A stretch of DNA of 61,452 nucleotides, the filler included, from Sphacelaria rigidula (lineage: Eukaryota): the NCBI GenBank assembly GCA_964200075.2. It is 9 parts of 9 records of this genome, joined end to end, with 100 filler letters (N's around TTAATTAATTAA, not from the genome) between each part and the next. Parts side by side here need not be neighbours in the genome. Positions count along the whole stretch, not along the records: positions 6,841 to 13,579 come from CAXNAA020018319.1; positions 13,680 to 20,418 come from CAXNAA020018320.1; positions 20,519 to 27,257 come from CAXNAA020018321.1; 6 more parts are not named here. One strand, given 5' to 3'. Made by a program: the position numbers and the translations under genes. The first letter of the stretch is position 1. Each line of letters opens with the position of its first letter. A model generated the notes under the pieces. That model did not search any database. It worked only from the letters and a program-made list of their open reading frames with translations, and was not told where the DNA came from. Positions 12,543 to 25,100 of this stretch are shown piece by piece.

Positions 12543-12972
12543 TTAACCCTTTGACAGCGACGGTAGGTCACCCGCTGAATCGGCATCAATTTTACTTCAA
12601 AGTATGTGTGATCCAGATGGACTACCCGCATGACGATCTGAGGCTTAACCCCTTGACTGCGAGGGTAGGTCGCCTGCTGAATCGGCATCAATATTCAATT
12701 GAAAAAAGTATGCATGATGCAGATGGACTAGTCTCGAGGTCTAAGGGTTAACCGTTAGACCGCGAGATTAGTCTTTCTGGATCATGGATACTTTCTTCAC
12801 TTGAAATTGATGCAGATTCAACAGAAGACTAACTTCGCGGTCCAAGGGTTAACCCTTAGACCGCGAGAGAAGTCTTTCTGGATCATGCATACTTTTCTTG
12901 AAAGTGATGCCGATTCAACAGAAGACTAACCTCGCGGTCTAAGGGTCAAGACTAACCTCGCGGTCTAAGGGT
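12543..12972. mobile_element. Array of four ~98-bp piggyBac-like MITEs sharing TTAA junctions
   Basis: Units TTAA-CCCTTAGACCGCGAG...CTCGCGGTCTAAGGG-TTAA, with junctions at 12543, 12645, 12748 and 12849. Orientation + + - -. Confidence 0.8.
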
Positions 12973-14467
12973 TTCAGCCATCGTATAGGTCGTCATTTCA
13001 ACATTCCTCGTCTCTAATGATTGATACTTTTCCGGATTGTATTTCCACGTTTGGGACATGTGATGTGGTTTTTGGCCCCGAGTATTTCTACGATACCCCT
13101 CCCCCCCCCAACACCAGCCCGAAACAGCCCAGATGACCTACACAGTACAGTACCTTCGCGACCAAGGGGTCGAAACCCACGAATACCGTGAGGCATCTTG
13201 CTGGGGCGTCGTGTATCTAAAACGGCCCGCTGTGTCACTTTTACAACGTAAGAGCTGGGAATGTATACTTCGTGGTGTGACTGTCAGTGAGCAGTTCTTC
13301 TACAAAAATAGTTGCAATAAGATCCCTCACGACACTTTTCCCAACACTGTCTGTACTCTCTATGCTACCCGTGTCTGTCTTTCGAAATCCATGATTTCGG
13401 GTTCGAGGAGCTCGTCACCCACATCGAGAAACAAATTGTGGACACGTAGAGCTAGGCCCCAAGATCGAAAAATTGAGTTTTCGACGGGGGGGGGGGGGGG
13501 GGTTTCCTTTTTTTTTTTCCTTTGTTTTTTTCCCCTTTGCCCCGCCTCCCTTTTGGGGAGGGGGATTTTTGGGGGGGGGNNNNNNNNNNNNNNNNNNNNN
13601 NNNNNNNNNNNNNNNNNNNNNNNTTAATTAATTAANNNNNNNNNNNNNNNNNNNNNNNNNNNNNNNNNNNNNNNNNNNNGAAACCAGCTCTAACGGCATT
13701 TATGATCATCGCCTCCGTGCACTTTTTCGGCCTGTTCGAGGGGGTGCTATTTCGGCAGCAGTCGTGTAGAGGCCGCTTTTTTGAAGTTTTGCCATTAACA
13801 GTCCGCGGGCCGTTCCGTTGACGCAGGAATAGAACGAGAAATAGAAGAAGGCACAGCAGTGTCGAATTTGCCGTAGTAACGACACATAGGTGGAAAGCCC
13901 AGCAGTCTCGAATTTGGCACGAGAAATAAGAAAGACGCGTTTAAGAAAATGTAGGTGTTTTGGCGGGAAATGTGCGAAAGACACGTTCAAGAAAAAAAGG
14001 CTGAACACTTCAGTCCAATAAGAAACCCAGCCTCGGCCAGAATTTCAGTTTCTTATGAGCGGACCGATACTGTATGGTGTCTCTTGTTGTTGATTTTTTT
14101 TTTTTATTGATTGATTGAATTTCGTACTTGAACTGACCCTCCAGGCATCCAGGCGTGGTCACATGATGGACGTACAATACCAAAGGCAAAACAAGACTGA
14201 AACACTCGCTGCGAGAACTCGGCGTGCTCCGTCCCAGCTTTGTAGGGAAGCACGATCAACAGTCGTACGACCACGACATGCAAGATGATGTGTACACCCC
14301 TCCCTCCTGCCGATTGCGGTGTCGGTATCCTCAGGGATGTTTCGAGACGGAGAGAAGCATGGGTCGGGGTCTCTGCTGACAGCTACAGGGGATACCCTCG
14401 AGGGGGAATGGGTCAGATCGAGGCCAAAGGAAGGGAATGTAAGTTTCTTTATTTTCGGGACCTTTGC

Positions 14468-14500
<33 letters not shown>

Positions 14501-16012
14501 CCCCCCCCCACACGGCCGGGGGGCCGGGAGCGGAGACGAACGGAACAANNNNNNNNNNGGGGGAGGGGGGAAAACGGGGGCAAAAGGAGGGGAATTTAAT
14601 TTTTTTTTTTTTCGGGCCCTTTGCCCCCCCCCCCCCCCCCCCTGCCAAGAAAAATGTGGCTAGTTTGAGGATGCGGAATCTACGTGCGAATCAAAATGAC
14701 AAGAGCCGAGCACACCGAGCAGCTGGAAACTCGCACAAATGGGGTTGTCTTCGCCAATGTCGCCCGTACGAGACGCTTCATGCTGTCTGAAACCAGCTAT
14801 CATGCGCGGCGTAATCATTGCTCTCGTAGAAGTTCTCGGGCTGGTTTGGGAGGGGGCTTTCACGGCATCAATTCTCGAAAGGGACGTTGTTTTGTCTTCG
14901 AATGATGGAGTGCAATCCGGTAAAAACGTATTGTCTCCGAAAAAAAAACAGAATCGGGTGTACCCGTGCATCTCTGACTCCTGTAGATTGGTGGAGAAGC
15001 ATGCGTTTTGCACATGAGTCGTATGAGACATGTGCCGAGGGGTAAGATGGGCTGATTCCTGTAGACTACGGACTCGCCCCGAGGAAGGGGGTGTTATTCA
15101 AAGATTCAAGGAACATATATACAGGGCAAACGATAGATCCAGGTACTCCTCGACGTGTTTCCACCAGTCATGTATGTAGTAGTAGTGTACGGGCGTTGGA
15201 GCACAAGCCGGCCACGTTTCCATCATCCACGTGATTCGCCGGCATCACCCCTGTACCTACCGGTGGCGGATAACGTGCCAGATACCCTTGAATTTTTCGT
15301 TTTTCCTCCCAAAGAGGCAACGACAGATTGAGGTGCACCTGAATGTGACGGAAATTGTACTCGAAACTGACGGGCTTCAAAGGAGCTGAAATGCCATATT
15401 TCAGCCTTTTTCAACAGTGGCGAAATGACGATGGTCATGCACTTTCGAGCTCTTCCCGCCGAAGGGGTATCTGGCTAAATAGAGGTATCTCAAACTTGGT
15501 TCCCGGTTTCCTGGTTTATTCGCTGGCTCTGGGTTTTGTAATTTTTGTTCAAGTGAAGGTGGTGGCGATTCATAGGAGGACCTGACCTGGCGGTCAAAGG
15601 GTCTCATCATCTGATGAATCGCCATCACTTTCACTTGAAAAAATAGAACAAAACAAACCAGGAAGGTGGGAACCGAGTTTGAGATACAGTAGTGGGCGGT
15701 CTAACTATTCACTTCTTGTAAATTTTGTTATTTTCCCGTAATTGGCGATTTTCTTGGGCTCTTTTCGCTTGCTACCGCTCATCACATTGGAGATCTGGAA
15801 ATATTTGTATCCGCTCCACATTCCAAGAAAAAAAAAAGAATCTGTACTCCATATTGAGTGACTTACGGGCTGACCGGTCATCGGGGGTCCTGCAACGTTT
15901 CGGCCCAGATTCTTACTCTTCGGCATTTTCGGTCGATCGAGCCTGTCCCGATCATATTTGTGAAGAAATGTGCATTTTTTTAAAAATTTTATTCTACCTA
16001 TTCATTGCACTA

Positions 16013-17591
16013 TTTACGGTGGCGTATAGTTAGTGAGGGCTCGACGCCAAATCTCTGTTTTATGGGCGACTGGAACGTTCTATAGCTTAAAAGAACCGCA
16101 TCAATAGGTGTGTCACGCAGGAGAAAAAAAACGGGAGAAAAATATTTTCGTCATGAGTTATGCCGTAATATACATGATTTTGGACGTCACCCTTGGGCTG
16201 GCTCGGGGTGAGAGTCTGAACAAATATTTTATTATATAATCGTCAATTTTAATTGGAATATAACAGACGATGGCTTGAACGAAGTGCATAAATGAGGGTG
16301 TCAGGCGGGAGAAACAAAACGGAATATATATATATATATATATATATATTCGTAACGAGATGTGTCTGAATATCCATGATTTTGGACGTTACCCTTGGGC
16401 TTGCTCGGGGTAAGAGTCTGAACGAACACTTTACTGTAGAATCGTCAATTTTGATTGGAATATAACAACTGTTGGCTTAAAGGAACCACATCAATAGGGG
16501 TGTCACGCAGGAGAAAAAAAAACGGTAAAAAAAGTTTTCGTAATGAGTTATACCGTAATATCCGTGATTTTGGACGTCACCCTCGGGCTGGCTCGGGGTA
16601 AAATGTCGAACGAATATTCTACCGAAGAACCCTTAATTTTGATTGGATGATAACAATCGATAGCTCGAGAGAACCGCATCAATAAGGGTTTCACGCGGAA
16701 GAAAAAAACAAGAGCAAAAAAAAATCGTAACGAGTAAGCTCAATGTTCATGATTTTGGACGTTACCTTTGGGCTGGCTCGGGGTAAACTTTTGAACGAAT
16801 GTTTCACTGTGGAATCGTCAATTTTGATTAGAATATAAAAAACGATGGCTTAAAAGAACCGTATAGAAAAGGGTGCCACGCAGGAGAAAACAAAGCGAAA
16901 AATAAAATGTTTTCGTAATGAGTCATGCCTTCATGTTCATGAGTTTGGACGTTACCGTTGGGCTGGCTCGGGGTAAACTTTTGAATGAATATTTTCGTGT
17001 AGAATCGTCAATTTTGATTAGAATATCGCAACCGATGGCTTGAAAGAATCATGTGGATAAGGGTGTCACGCAGGAGAAAACGAAACGGGAAAAATATATT
17101 TTTGCAATAAGTTATGCCTAAATGTATATGTTACCCTTGGGCCGAATCAAGTGCTCATTTACCCGAGGTGCCCCTCTTCAAATATCCATATCTCGAGATT
17201 GCGGACGTTGATTCAAAATCTAAATGGATTGTTTAAACCGCCTGATTTATGGCTATCTTTTTGGATTAGTTCTACGGTTTGATGCTAAAAAAAGGGTTCG
17301 AAAAAAGTATTCCCCCGTGAAAACGTGGTACTCGTTTTCGACGTGCCCTACCGCAACGTGTGTGCTTTCTGCATATGCGACCGGCACCTGACGAAAGCTA
17401 CAGCCTTCAAGTTTTATTTTATGTATCCCAAGTTACATATGTGTGGTGTGGTGATATAAATGTAATAGTGTCTACACCGGGCTTGAAGCTTTTGGTAGCG
17501 CTACAAAACAGGTTTTTGTTGGGGGGGGGCCAATTGTGTGCAGATTTATTTTCCTATACATTTACTTCTATCAGCTATACGCCACCGTAAA
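16013..17591. mobile_element. Non-autonomous TIR element C (1579 bp) with internal tandem repeats
   Basis: Perfect 17-bp TIR TTTACGGTGGCGTATAG (16013-16029 / 17575-17591). Absent from the homologous site (GCACTAGAGCCG) of the family B copy near 19700. Confidence 0.85.
16065..17142 (+). repeat. ~188-bp tandem repeat, ~5.7 diverged units
   Basis: Anchor TGGACGT(C/T)ACC.TGGGCTGGCTCGGGGT at 16181, 16383, 16571, 16756 and 16946 (spacings 202, 188, 185, 190; the first includes a (TA)n expansion), with a partial unit at ~17130. Confidence 0.92.
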
Positions 17592-19193
17592 AGAGCCGAA
17601 AAACTGTGTTTCGCGGTCAATAACACCCTCCTGATAAACGGGGTATTTACTCGTTCCGCCCGATGACACCAACTGACACTGACTTGGGCGCTGTGTTTCG
17701 ACAATGATCCGTTTATTGTACCAAATTCTACCGACGCTGGCAATTTCGAGTTCTGTCGAAAATTAGTACGCGAAGAATCCTCCAAAACACCCCTGAATAG
17801 TTACCGCCATAAATGTACCTCTAATAAGACGCCGTTTGTTCCGATGTCTGAACGATATCGGGCTGGAAAAGACGCCGTATGTTCCGATTTCTGAACGACG
17901 TCCGATCTCTTGCGTGTGCAAGTTCGGCACAGTAGCCCTAAAGCTTTGGTCGTATATCTGTGGTCGACAACATGACTACTTGATATTATTATTGAGAAAG
18001 TTCTGGGAAAATTCATGGTTTGGGGTAGGTGAGCAGTGGGTCCAGCTCGTCCAGAACGTGGTATTGTCGAAATCGGCGCCTGCGGCGTCGATTTCAGGTC
18101 TGCTAACCCACAAATTGTCTAGAGAAACCTATTCACCCCTCTTGCCCAAGGGTCCCGTACGCCTTGAATCGGGGTTAGGGTCAGTGTTAGCGTTATTTTT
18201 AGTTTGTCTTGAAAAATCAATCATAGATATACGACCAAAACTTTAGATCGCCTCGTTCGGCAACCGAGTTGGCCCACGACAAGGGAGTCATGCACGCCAA
18301 CGCGCTGAAAGAGCCTTCGAACATTGAAGAAGAAAAAAAAAATCGGTCGCTCAGGTGGCTCAGTTGGTATCCTCGAAAGCTTCTGTAGGTTGAGACGCGG
18401 ATTCGAATATCCGTGGAGTCACACCGTCTCGGATTTTGTTCTCAAATCTCACCCAACGGTGGGGGGCGATTTTGTTGTGGGTATACAAAGCCCGACTTCA
18501 GGGCTCGTTTGAACGAGATAAGAAAAGTGACGCGCCGTGTGAGAGAGGCAGAGGGTGATTCTGGCGCTTTGCGGTCAGATTTTTCATGTTTTGCCGTTCC
18601 GATTGGTTGAGAGTCGATGGGTGATCAAATGGAAGGACGACAGCGGCAAAATGAAAGAAGAAAATCTTCAAAACCACCAGAATCAATCACTCTCAATTTC
18701 AAGGCGCGTTCTCACTTTTCTTGTCTCATTGGAACACCGCCTCATTGTCGAGGAGGGGAAGGGACCGCTGAACCCTTCTTCGCGATTCGGAGAAGAAATA
18801 AGGCAAGCATCGCAAAAGGAAGGTGGATTGCACAAAAACAAGATACAAAAGGAGGAAAGTCCTGCGTTTATCATCCTCCTGTGTGACCCCCGCTTATACG
18901 TCCACGTATACCGAACGATGTAGACTGGCGTCGACAGTAGATGGGATAATGCGAATTTTAGCGCTAATATTCCACGTACCTGGGGTGGTATTGTTGAAAA
19001 ATATCAAAACCCAAAGATGGAAAGAAAGATTCGCACGGCACGAACCAAACACGCCGGAAAAGCTAGTATTTTTTTCAGACGAAGACATTACTCGTACCCG
19101 GACCCTTGATATCTCTCTGCAATGCCTCCTCCCTCCGTCGTCGGCCTTCCTGTGACGTGTATACGCCGTATGTTGCATGTTGTCGAACACAAG

Positions 19194-19309
19194 ACAAAAT
19201 GGCGAATACGCTTCGCTAACGGGGATCACTACGCCGGAACCGTTGGGGAAGGAGTACCTCAAGGGCACGGGACGTACAAGTATGCCAACGGAGATGTGTT
19301 CACTGGCGG
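19194..19309 (+). CDS. Internal exon of a MORN-repeat protein (partial gene)
   Basis: TKWRIRFANGDHYAGTVGEGVPQGHGTYKYANGDVFTG fits the MORN pattern YxGxxxxGxxxGxGxxxxxNGDxYxG. GTGAG donor at 19310; the AAG acceptor at 19191-19193 is tentative. Confidence 0.75.
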
Positions 19310-20567
19310 GTGAGATGGAGCCCAAGCGTATTTTGATGCGTGCTGAGTGACGATTGCAAAGTTGCAAGGTTGTGTCAAGAGTACAGTAGTGGGCGGTCTA
19401 ACTATTCATTTTTTGGCATTTTGTGATTGTTCGTAATTGCCGATTTTCGTGGGCTCTTTTCGCTCGCCACCGCTTATCGCATTGGGGATCTGAAGATATT
19501 CGTATCCGCTCCACACTCCATGAGAAAAAATCGTCTGTACTCGATAATGAGTGGCTTACCGGCTGACAGGTCATCGGGAATCCTGCCACGATTCAGCCCA
19601 GGTTCCTACTCTTCGGTGTTTTCGGTCTATCGAGCCTGTCTCAATCATATTTTTGAAGGGATGCAATTTTTTTTTTTCTTGATTCTACCCACTCAGCGCA
19701 CTAGAGCCGAAGAACCGTGTTTCATGGTCAAGAACACCCTCCTGATAAACAGGGTATTTGCTCGTATCGCCCGATAACACCAACTAACACTGACTTGGGC
19801 ACTGTATTTCGAGGATCATCTGTTTTTTGTATCAAAGTCTATCGACGCTGGCGATTTCGAGTTTCATCAAAAGGTAGTACGCGAGGAAAGCCCCAAAACA
19901 CCCCTGAATAGTTGGACCGCCCACAATCTAGAGTAAACACCCCGGCATTCAGTCGCCTGAATTTTGTGTTGCGATGGTCCGATCTCTGATTTCTACTGAA
20001 AACTTTAGTGAACATTACAGTAGTGGGCGGTCTAACTAATCATCGTGAGGCATTTTGTGATTTCTTCGTAATTGGCAATTTTCTTCGGCTATTTTCGCCT
20101 GCCACCACTCATCACATTGAGGATCTAAAGATATTTGTATCCGCTCCACATTCCAAGAAAAAAACATCATCTGTACTCAAAATTGAGTGACTTACGGGCT
20201 GACCGGTCATCGGGGGTCCTGCGACGTTTCAGCCCAGATTCGTACTCTTCGGTATTTTCGGCCGATCAAGCCTGTCCCGATCATATTTCTAAAAAACGGT
20301 ACAGTTTTTTTTTTTTTAATTCTGCCTACTCATAGCACCAGATCCGAAAAACTGTGTTTCACGGTTAATAACGCCCTCCTGATGAACGGGAGATTCCCTC
20401 ATTTCCCCCGGTGACACCNNNNNNNNNNNNNNNNNNNNNNNNNNNNNNNNNNNNNNNNNNNNTTAATTAATTAANNNNNNNNNNNNNNNNNNNNNNNNNN
20501 NNNNNNNNNNNNNNNNNNAGACGAGGGCACCGTCCGTGGGCGGCCGGGTGTCCTGAGGCCAGTTGGT

Positions 20568-20673
20568 GGCGTACTCATTTGTTGCTTTCCTTAGTCGTTT
20601 GACCATATTGATCACGCCCCGTCTCAAAAGGTCAATAGTCAAACGACTGAGGCAAGCAACAAATGAGTACGCC
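20568..20673. repeat. 106-nt hairpin element; related arm at ~4039-4100
   Basis: ~42-bp arms GGCGTACTCATTTGTTGCTT.CCT.AGTCGTTTGAC around a ~20-nt loop. Confidence 0.85.
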
Positions 20674-20799
20674 CCCCCCCTCCCGGTATCGATCGAAGGC
20701 ACTTACGGACGGTCCTTCCCTCGGGATTCTGTCGCATACTGGCTAGCCTCCTCAAACCTCATTTCATCGATCAACCTCATTTTATAGAATCCCCTGTTA

Positions 20800-21750
20800 G
20801 GTAGTGATTATCGATTTCTGGTGAATAATAAGTGATCAGGGGGCATCACTCAACGTGGGTCATAGAGTACCTTAATCGTAACCGATGAACACGTAACTTT
20901 GGGAGAATACTATCAAAACGTATTTCAATGGGTTGAAAAAGAGAAGAAAGAAAAAAATAGTTTTTGTCGAGTACAGCGTTGCCAAACACCGACTTGATGG
21001 CCAAATTTGTTCCGAAGACCAAGGGATGGGCGATTTTCACCCCCTCGTTCATTTTCTCTTCTCTGAGCTTTCTTCAAAACGAGTCGCACAAATCACATCA
21101 ACATTTGTACGAAAGGAGAAGGGCTGAAGCGTCCAAGGTCGCGAGAAATCAACTGCTGCGTGAAGTGTACCGAAATTTATACAGAGGGTGTTTTGGCCGC
21201 ACCTTTTACCTCAGTAGAGCCATATTTTACATCTACTCCAGCGACGTGGTTTGATTATTCTTCAATTTTGAAAGCTTGGGTGATCGAGGATCAAACTATG
21301 TTTTCCAGATACTCTCGACATTATTCTACCTGTCATGGTTCTGACGAACCAGAGTTTTTCCTGCCAGGTGCCTTAAGCGTACCTTAATTGGGCCATTCCC
21401 CTCTAGTGCACATGTACCTGGATTGATTCGGGTATATTACGGGGCAGATTGGCGGCATATCAAAGGTACGGAATAGGGTGTCATGACTGAATGTACCACA
21501 TGTAAGGCGATGCACTCAGCACGCAGCGCACATTACCGAGCACTTCATGTTTTGTGTCTGCATTCTACATATTTCGGTGGTGTTGGCGCAGCTCGCGTGG
21601 AGATTGCCCGGTTGATGATGAGTGAGTGAAGGGTATAATAAGTTAATACAAGAAGAGTTGCTACACATTCCTCTCTGTCCAGAGCACTTCCTTTGAGAGG
21701 CTTTCATTACCATCTTCCATCGCAGCTCACTCGTCAACCGAGCTTAGGAT
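20800..21750 (-). pseudogene. Eroded Ty3/gypsy RT-RNase H remnant
   Basis: AVDFSRPWTL followed by AHPLVFG...AVLDKNYF resembles PDFSRPFxLxTDAS...HPIAFxSR...YxxxEKE. Confidence 0.4.
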
Positions 21751-22034
21751 TGAACTGCGGTTTGATGTGTGCGCTTCCCATCCACCTGGCGACGGATGCG
21801 GCGGATTCCCTGAATACATGCCGCAGAAGCCGCAGCACTCAGCGAATCGCTGAAATTTACTTGAATACGCGTTTCCTTCAACGTTTTGGGGCTTCTCGGG
21901 TCCGCTGTGGCGCTTGGAGCAAATCCACTCCATAGGTCGCAAGGTCAGTGTGTGTGAAAAGAGCTGTGAAGTGCCACATGCCGGTTTGCTTCCTGTCTCG
22001 ATAACGAAGCGATGAAATAATTACAGCTGTCGTA

Positions 22035-22125
22035 GACTGCTGCCGAGATAGCCCCCCCCCCCGAAGCGGCCAAAAAAGTGCACGGAGGCGATGATCATAT
22101 ATCCCGTTAGAGCTGGTTTCGTGCT
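22035..22125. repeat. Dispersed repeat shared (inverted) with the contig start at 13680-13765
   Basis: GACTGCTGCCGA.ATAGC...AAAAAGTGCACGGAGGCGATGATCATA...CCGTTAGAGCTGGTTTC. Confidence 0.8.
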
Positions 22126-25100
22126 GCACAACCCGACTCATTCGGGCGTATTAGCTGATTTCGGACTGCTACACGCCTCTCATGTGGGCGATATTGCTGC
22201 AAAACGAGCCCAATAAGGAGATCGCAGCGGGTGTGTCGGGCGGTCTCCCATGCACTTTTTGTGGGGGGTTATCTCGGCATTAGTTTGCATGCTAAACCAA
22301 ATTAACTTGGGATGAAGCGTCTGTTCTGCTCGGCAACGGCTCGGCACAGGTTCGGCACAAGTCCGTCCAGTCTATGACGTCTTCAGTATCCCTCCGCGTT
22401 TCTCTTTATTGTTTTATTGCCCACGGATTTCTGGTCGTTAGGGCCTCCATTCACGGGCTCACCGGCGTGACAGTGTACACGATCACAAATTACAATCCGC
22501 ACACATGGCTGAACTACTTAGGTCCTATTCTACCTGCACGCATGGGGTGGTAAGCGAGAGTGTGCAGCAAGCATGATGGCACGCAGTCGTGTACGACATA
22601 GGCGGCGGGATGTGCGCGTATCGATGTTGGGTCATGCTGCGCATTTGTACTGATCACGAAAGGTATGAACAACCCAAGCAAAATGAGACCAGTCGGTCCG
22701 GCAGACGAAAACAGCACTGAGGCCTGGCACGCGAAGACACAGACGGAACCGATCACAGTCAGCCCAAAATACCCCAAATGAAAGCAGCTCGAACAAGCAA
22801 ACGAGCGCAAAGGCCCTGCGCCGAAGCCCCAAATGTGAAATGGAAGAGGGGAGCACCTCTGGTGAAAGGATAGGAGACAGGAATGGTGCTTGGTCGTTTC
22901 CTTGGTTCAAGCCTTGTCTGATTATACCCCACGAGCTGTATGCTTTGGGGAGCTAGGGTTATGCACATAAAATATTCATAGACCAATCTAGAGCCGATAT
23001 GAAGTACTACCATATATCCCAAAACGAGAAGCAAATCGACGCGTTGTGTACTTCTTTCGGGACTTATTCACTCGAGGCAGAGGATCGCCGAGCGTGCAGC
23101 AGAAGATCGAACACTGAAGAGATGATCGAATTAGATACTACTGACTGGGGCTGTAGAATTGATCTTGAAATGCCAAGGGTAGGAGACACAGGAAACCGAG
23201 AGGGCTTTGTATACAAGAATCTCGTCTGTCACCTAACTCGAAGGACACCTGTAGCCATTTCTTGAATCCGATCCTCAACTTGATCCCAGATCCACTTCTC
23301 CAGCCACTGCTATTCGCTACTTTTTCACCGATATCAACGTTTGAATATCTACCGAACGACCTAATTCAACTATGTGCTTCCAAAACCTGACACTGTCGGG
23401 AGACCGGTATCTGTAACGGCTGTAGACACATTTGACATATCCACCCCAACTATCCTACCCGTCAGTCACGTCTTGTGGAGTCCGTGGGGCAACGACCAGA
23501 ACTCTGAACGTCTAAGTATATATATATTTTCATGTACAGGTCGCCGATTCGATTGATAGTTGCGATGTGTTTGGTGGTGTGCAATAGGGACTGCTTCTGG
23601 ATGAATAGCTTCAACGTGAGGAATAAAGGTTGAAGTCGGTATGAAAGTTGGCGTGAGTCACAGCTGAGTGACCGTTGTACCTTGAAGCGGATGGCGTTTA
23701 GTCTTGGAAGTGTTTTGTTTGAATAGATGAAGTAAAAGTGCTGCTACCCGGCGCTGTCCTCCTTACTCGGCAAGCGACACCGTTCTAGAGAAGCTAAAAC
23801 ATTCATGACATCAGACGTCGGGGTTCCACCCCGTTGAAGCCTTGGGGTGCCGCAGTCCTCGTCGAATCAGACATCTGAGTGAGTGATCGGGCGATTCACC
23901 GAGTGTATATCATATTCATCTTTTTATCCCACATTGATACGAAGTGAGTCGAGCGAGCCATGTTCAAAACAATCGCACGCGTGAGTGAAGGTCGCATTTG
24001 ATGCATGCTACGGGCAAGGTCAGGGGACCAATCGACTTGGCTGGGACACTGTAGACTTCACATTTCAAACACAGGACCATATGAGGGCGGCCACAAGGGT
24101 TTTATTATAATTCGGAGGTTGACATCGATACACAAAGTACTAGGACGTCGGCTTCATTGATGACCTACGCGGGGCGGGGAAAGTTGGCTTTACAGTATTT
24201 ATGTGTAGAACGCCAGGACGATTCCTACGAATTTTCGCCCCACACATTATTTTGGGTGAGTCTGAACATGGGCAAGATACGGGTCAGATAGGAGGCGCGA
24301 CTACCTCGGCAGCAAGGAGTGTTTGTACTCGTCTGGGCAAGAATATACTTTAACGATATACTGTGGGTCCGTCGAGGCCTTGGCGGCGTTAGTCCGGGAA
24401 GTGGTAGCGGCCGCGGTGCAACGACAACCAAAGGTAAGAATCGAGCATGAGGCTAAAGCAAGACAAGGAGGGGGATAGTTCGTTGCTCTCAATCCAGATG
24501 TGTACCGTGACAGGCGGTACATGGGAGAGAAATAGAGGGGCATAGAGAGTGACAGGACAGATAGACTGAGGGTGGGAGGAGAATCCAGATAAGAATAGAT
24601 GGAACACTCGCAGGGTGTGCGCTATTCTAATCATATACTAGACTTTTCAATGGAACAAACCATCTCTGCCGATCGTGTACGAGTGTGAAAACCCCGCGTT
24701 TGCCGGGATTATATTCTCATTATGATTGACTCATATGGGGAAGTTGAATACTATTTTTTGTGTATGAACTAAGACTAACTTGGGACCGGTTCGACACCGA
24801 ATTGGAGGGGTCAATACAGGCACCATTTTGCATCGCTCAACCAAGACCGCAAACGAAAGGGGCCCCGGCTGGAGTTTTGACTCGTAAGCAAGCCACGAAA
24901 CATGCATGTAGGTCATCACAACCACCGTTTGAATACCTGTTCCGGTCATGTTAAATCAGAAATAGCTTGCCACTGAGGAGGGGTCTTGAATTGAAACATC
25001 TGACCACAAATTAGCGAAGCAAGCCAGTTGTACACGAATGACAAACCAGAACGCCGTCAAGCGCGGTGATCACCCACCCCCATGCCTTCCTGGATGTTGG

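Larger units (their letters stand above)
15687..17815. mobile_element. MITE family B (Tc1/mariner-type, TA TSD), interrupted; intact copy 19384-19928, truncated copy 20018-20418
   Basis: TIR CAGTAGTGGGCGGTCTAACTATTCA; TA duplicated at 15685-15686 and 17816-17817. The three copies align along their length. Confidence 0.88.
15481..17822. mobile_element. MITE family A (~211 bp, 3-bp AWT TSD, PIF/Harbinger-group-like), interrupted in its right TIR; intact copy at 36881-37091
   Basis: TIR AGA(G/C)GTATCTCAAACT(C/T)GGTTCC. TSD AAT (15478-15480 / 17823-17825) for this copy and ATT (36878-36880 / 37092-37094) for the intact copy. Confidence 0.85.

Noticed and set aside
12543..12972. Integron attC-like or CRISPR-like cassette array
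   Set aside because: The unit interiors are homologous rather than unique cargo, and the TIR plus TTAA structure explains them as MITEs.
14420..14645. Local tandem duplication around a 10-N gap (also ~58315-58470)
   Set aside because: The second copy is a homopolymer-smeared version of the first next to poly-C/G runs, typical of low-quality short-read ends. The poly-Pro/poly-Gly ORFs here are artefacts.
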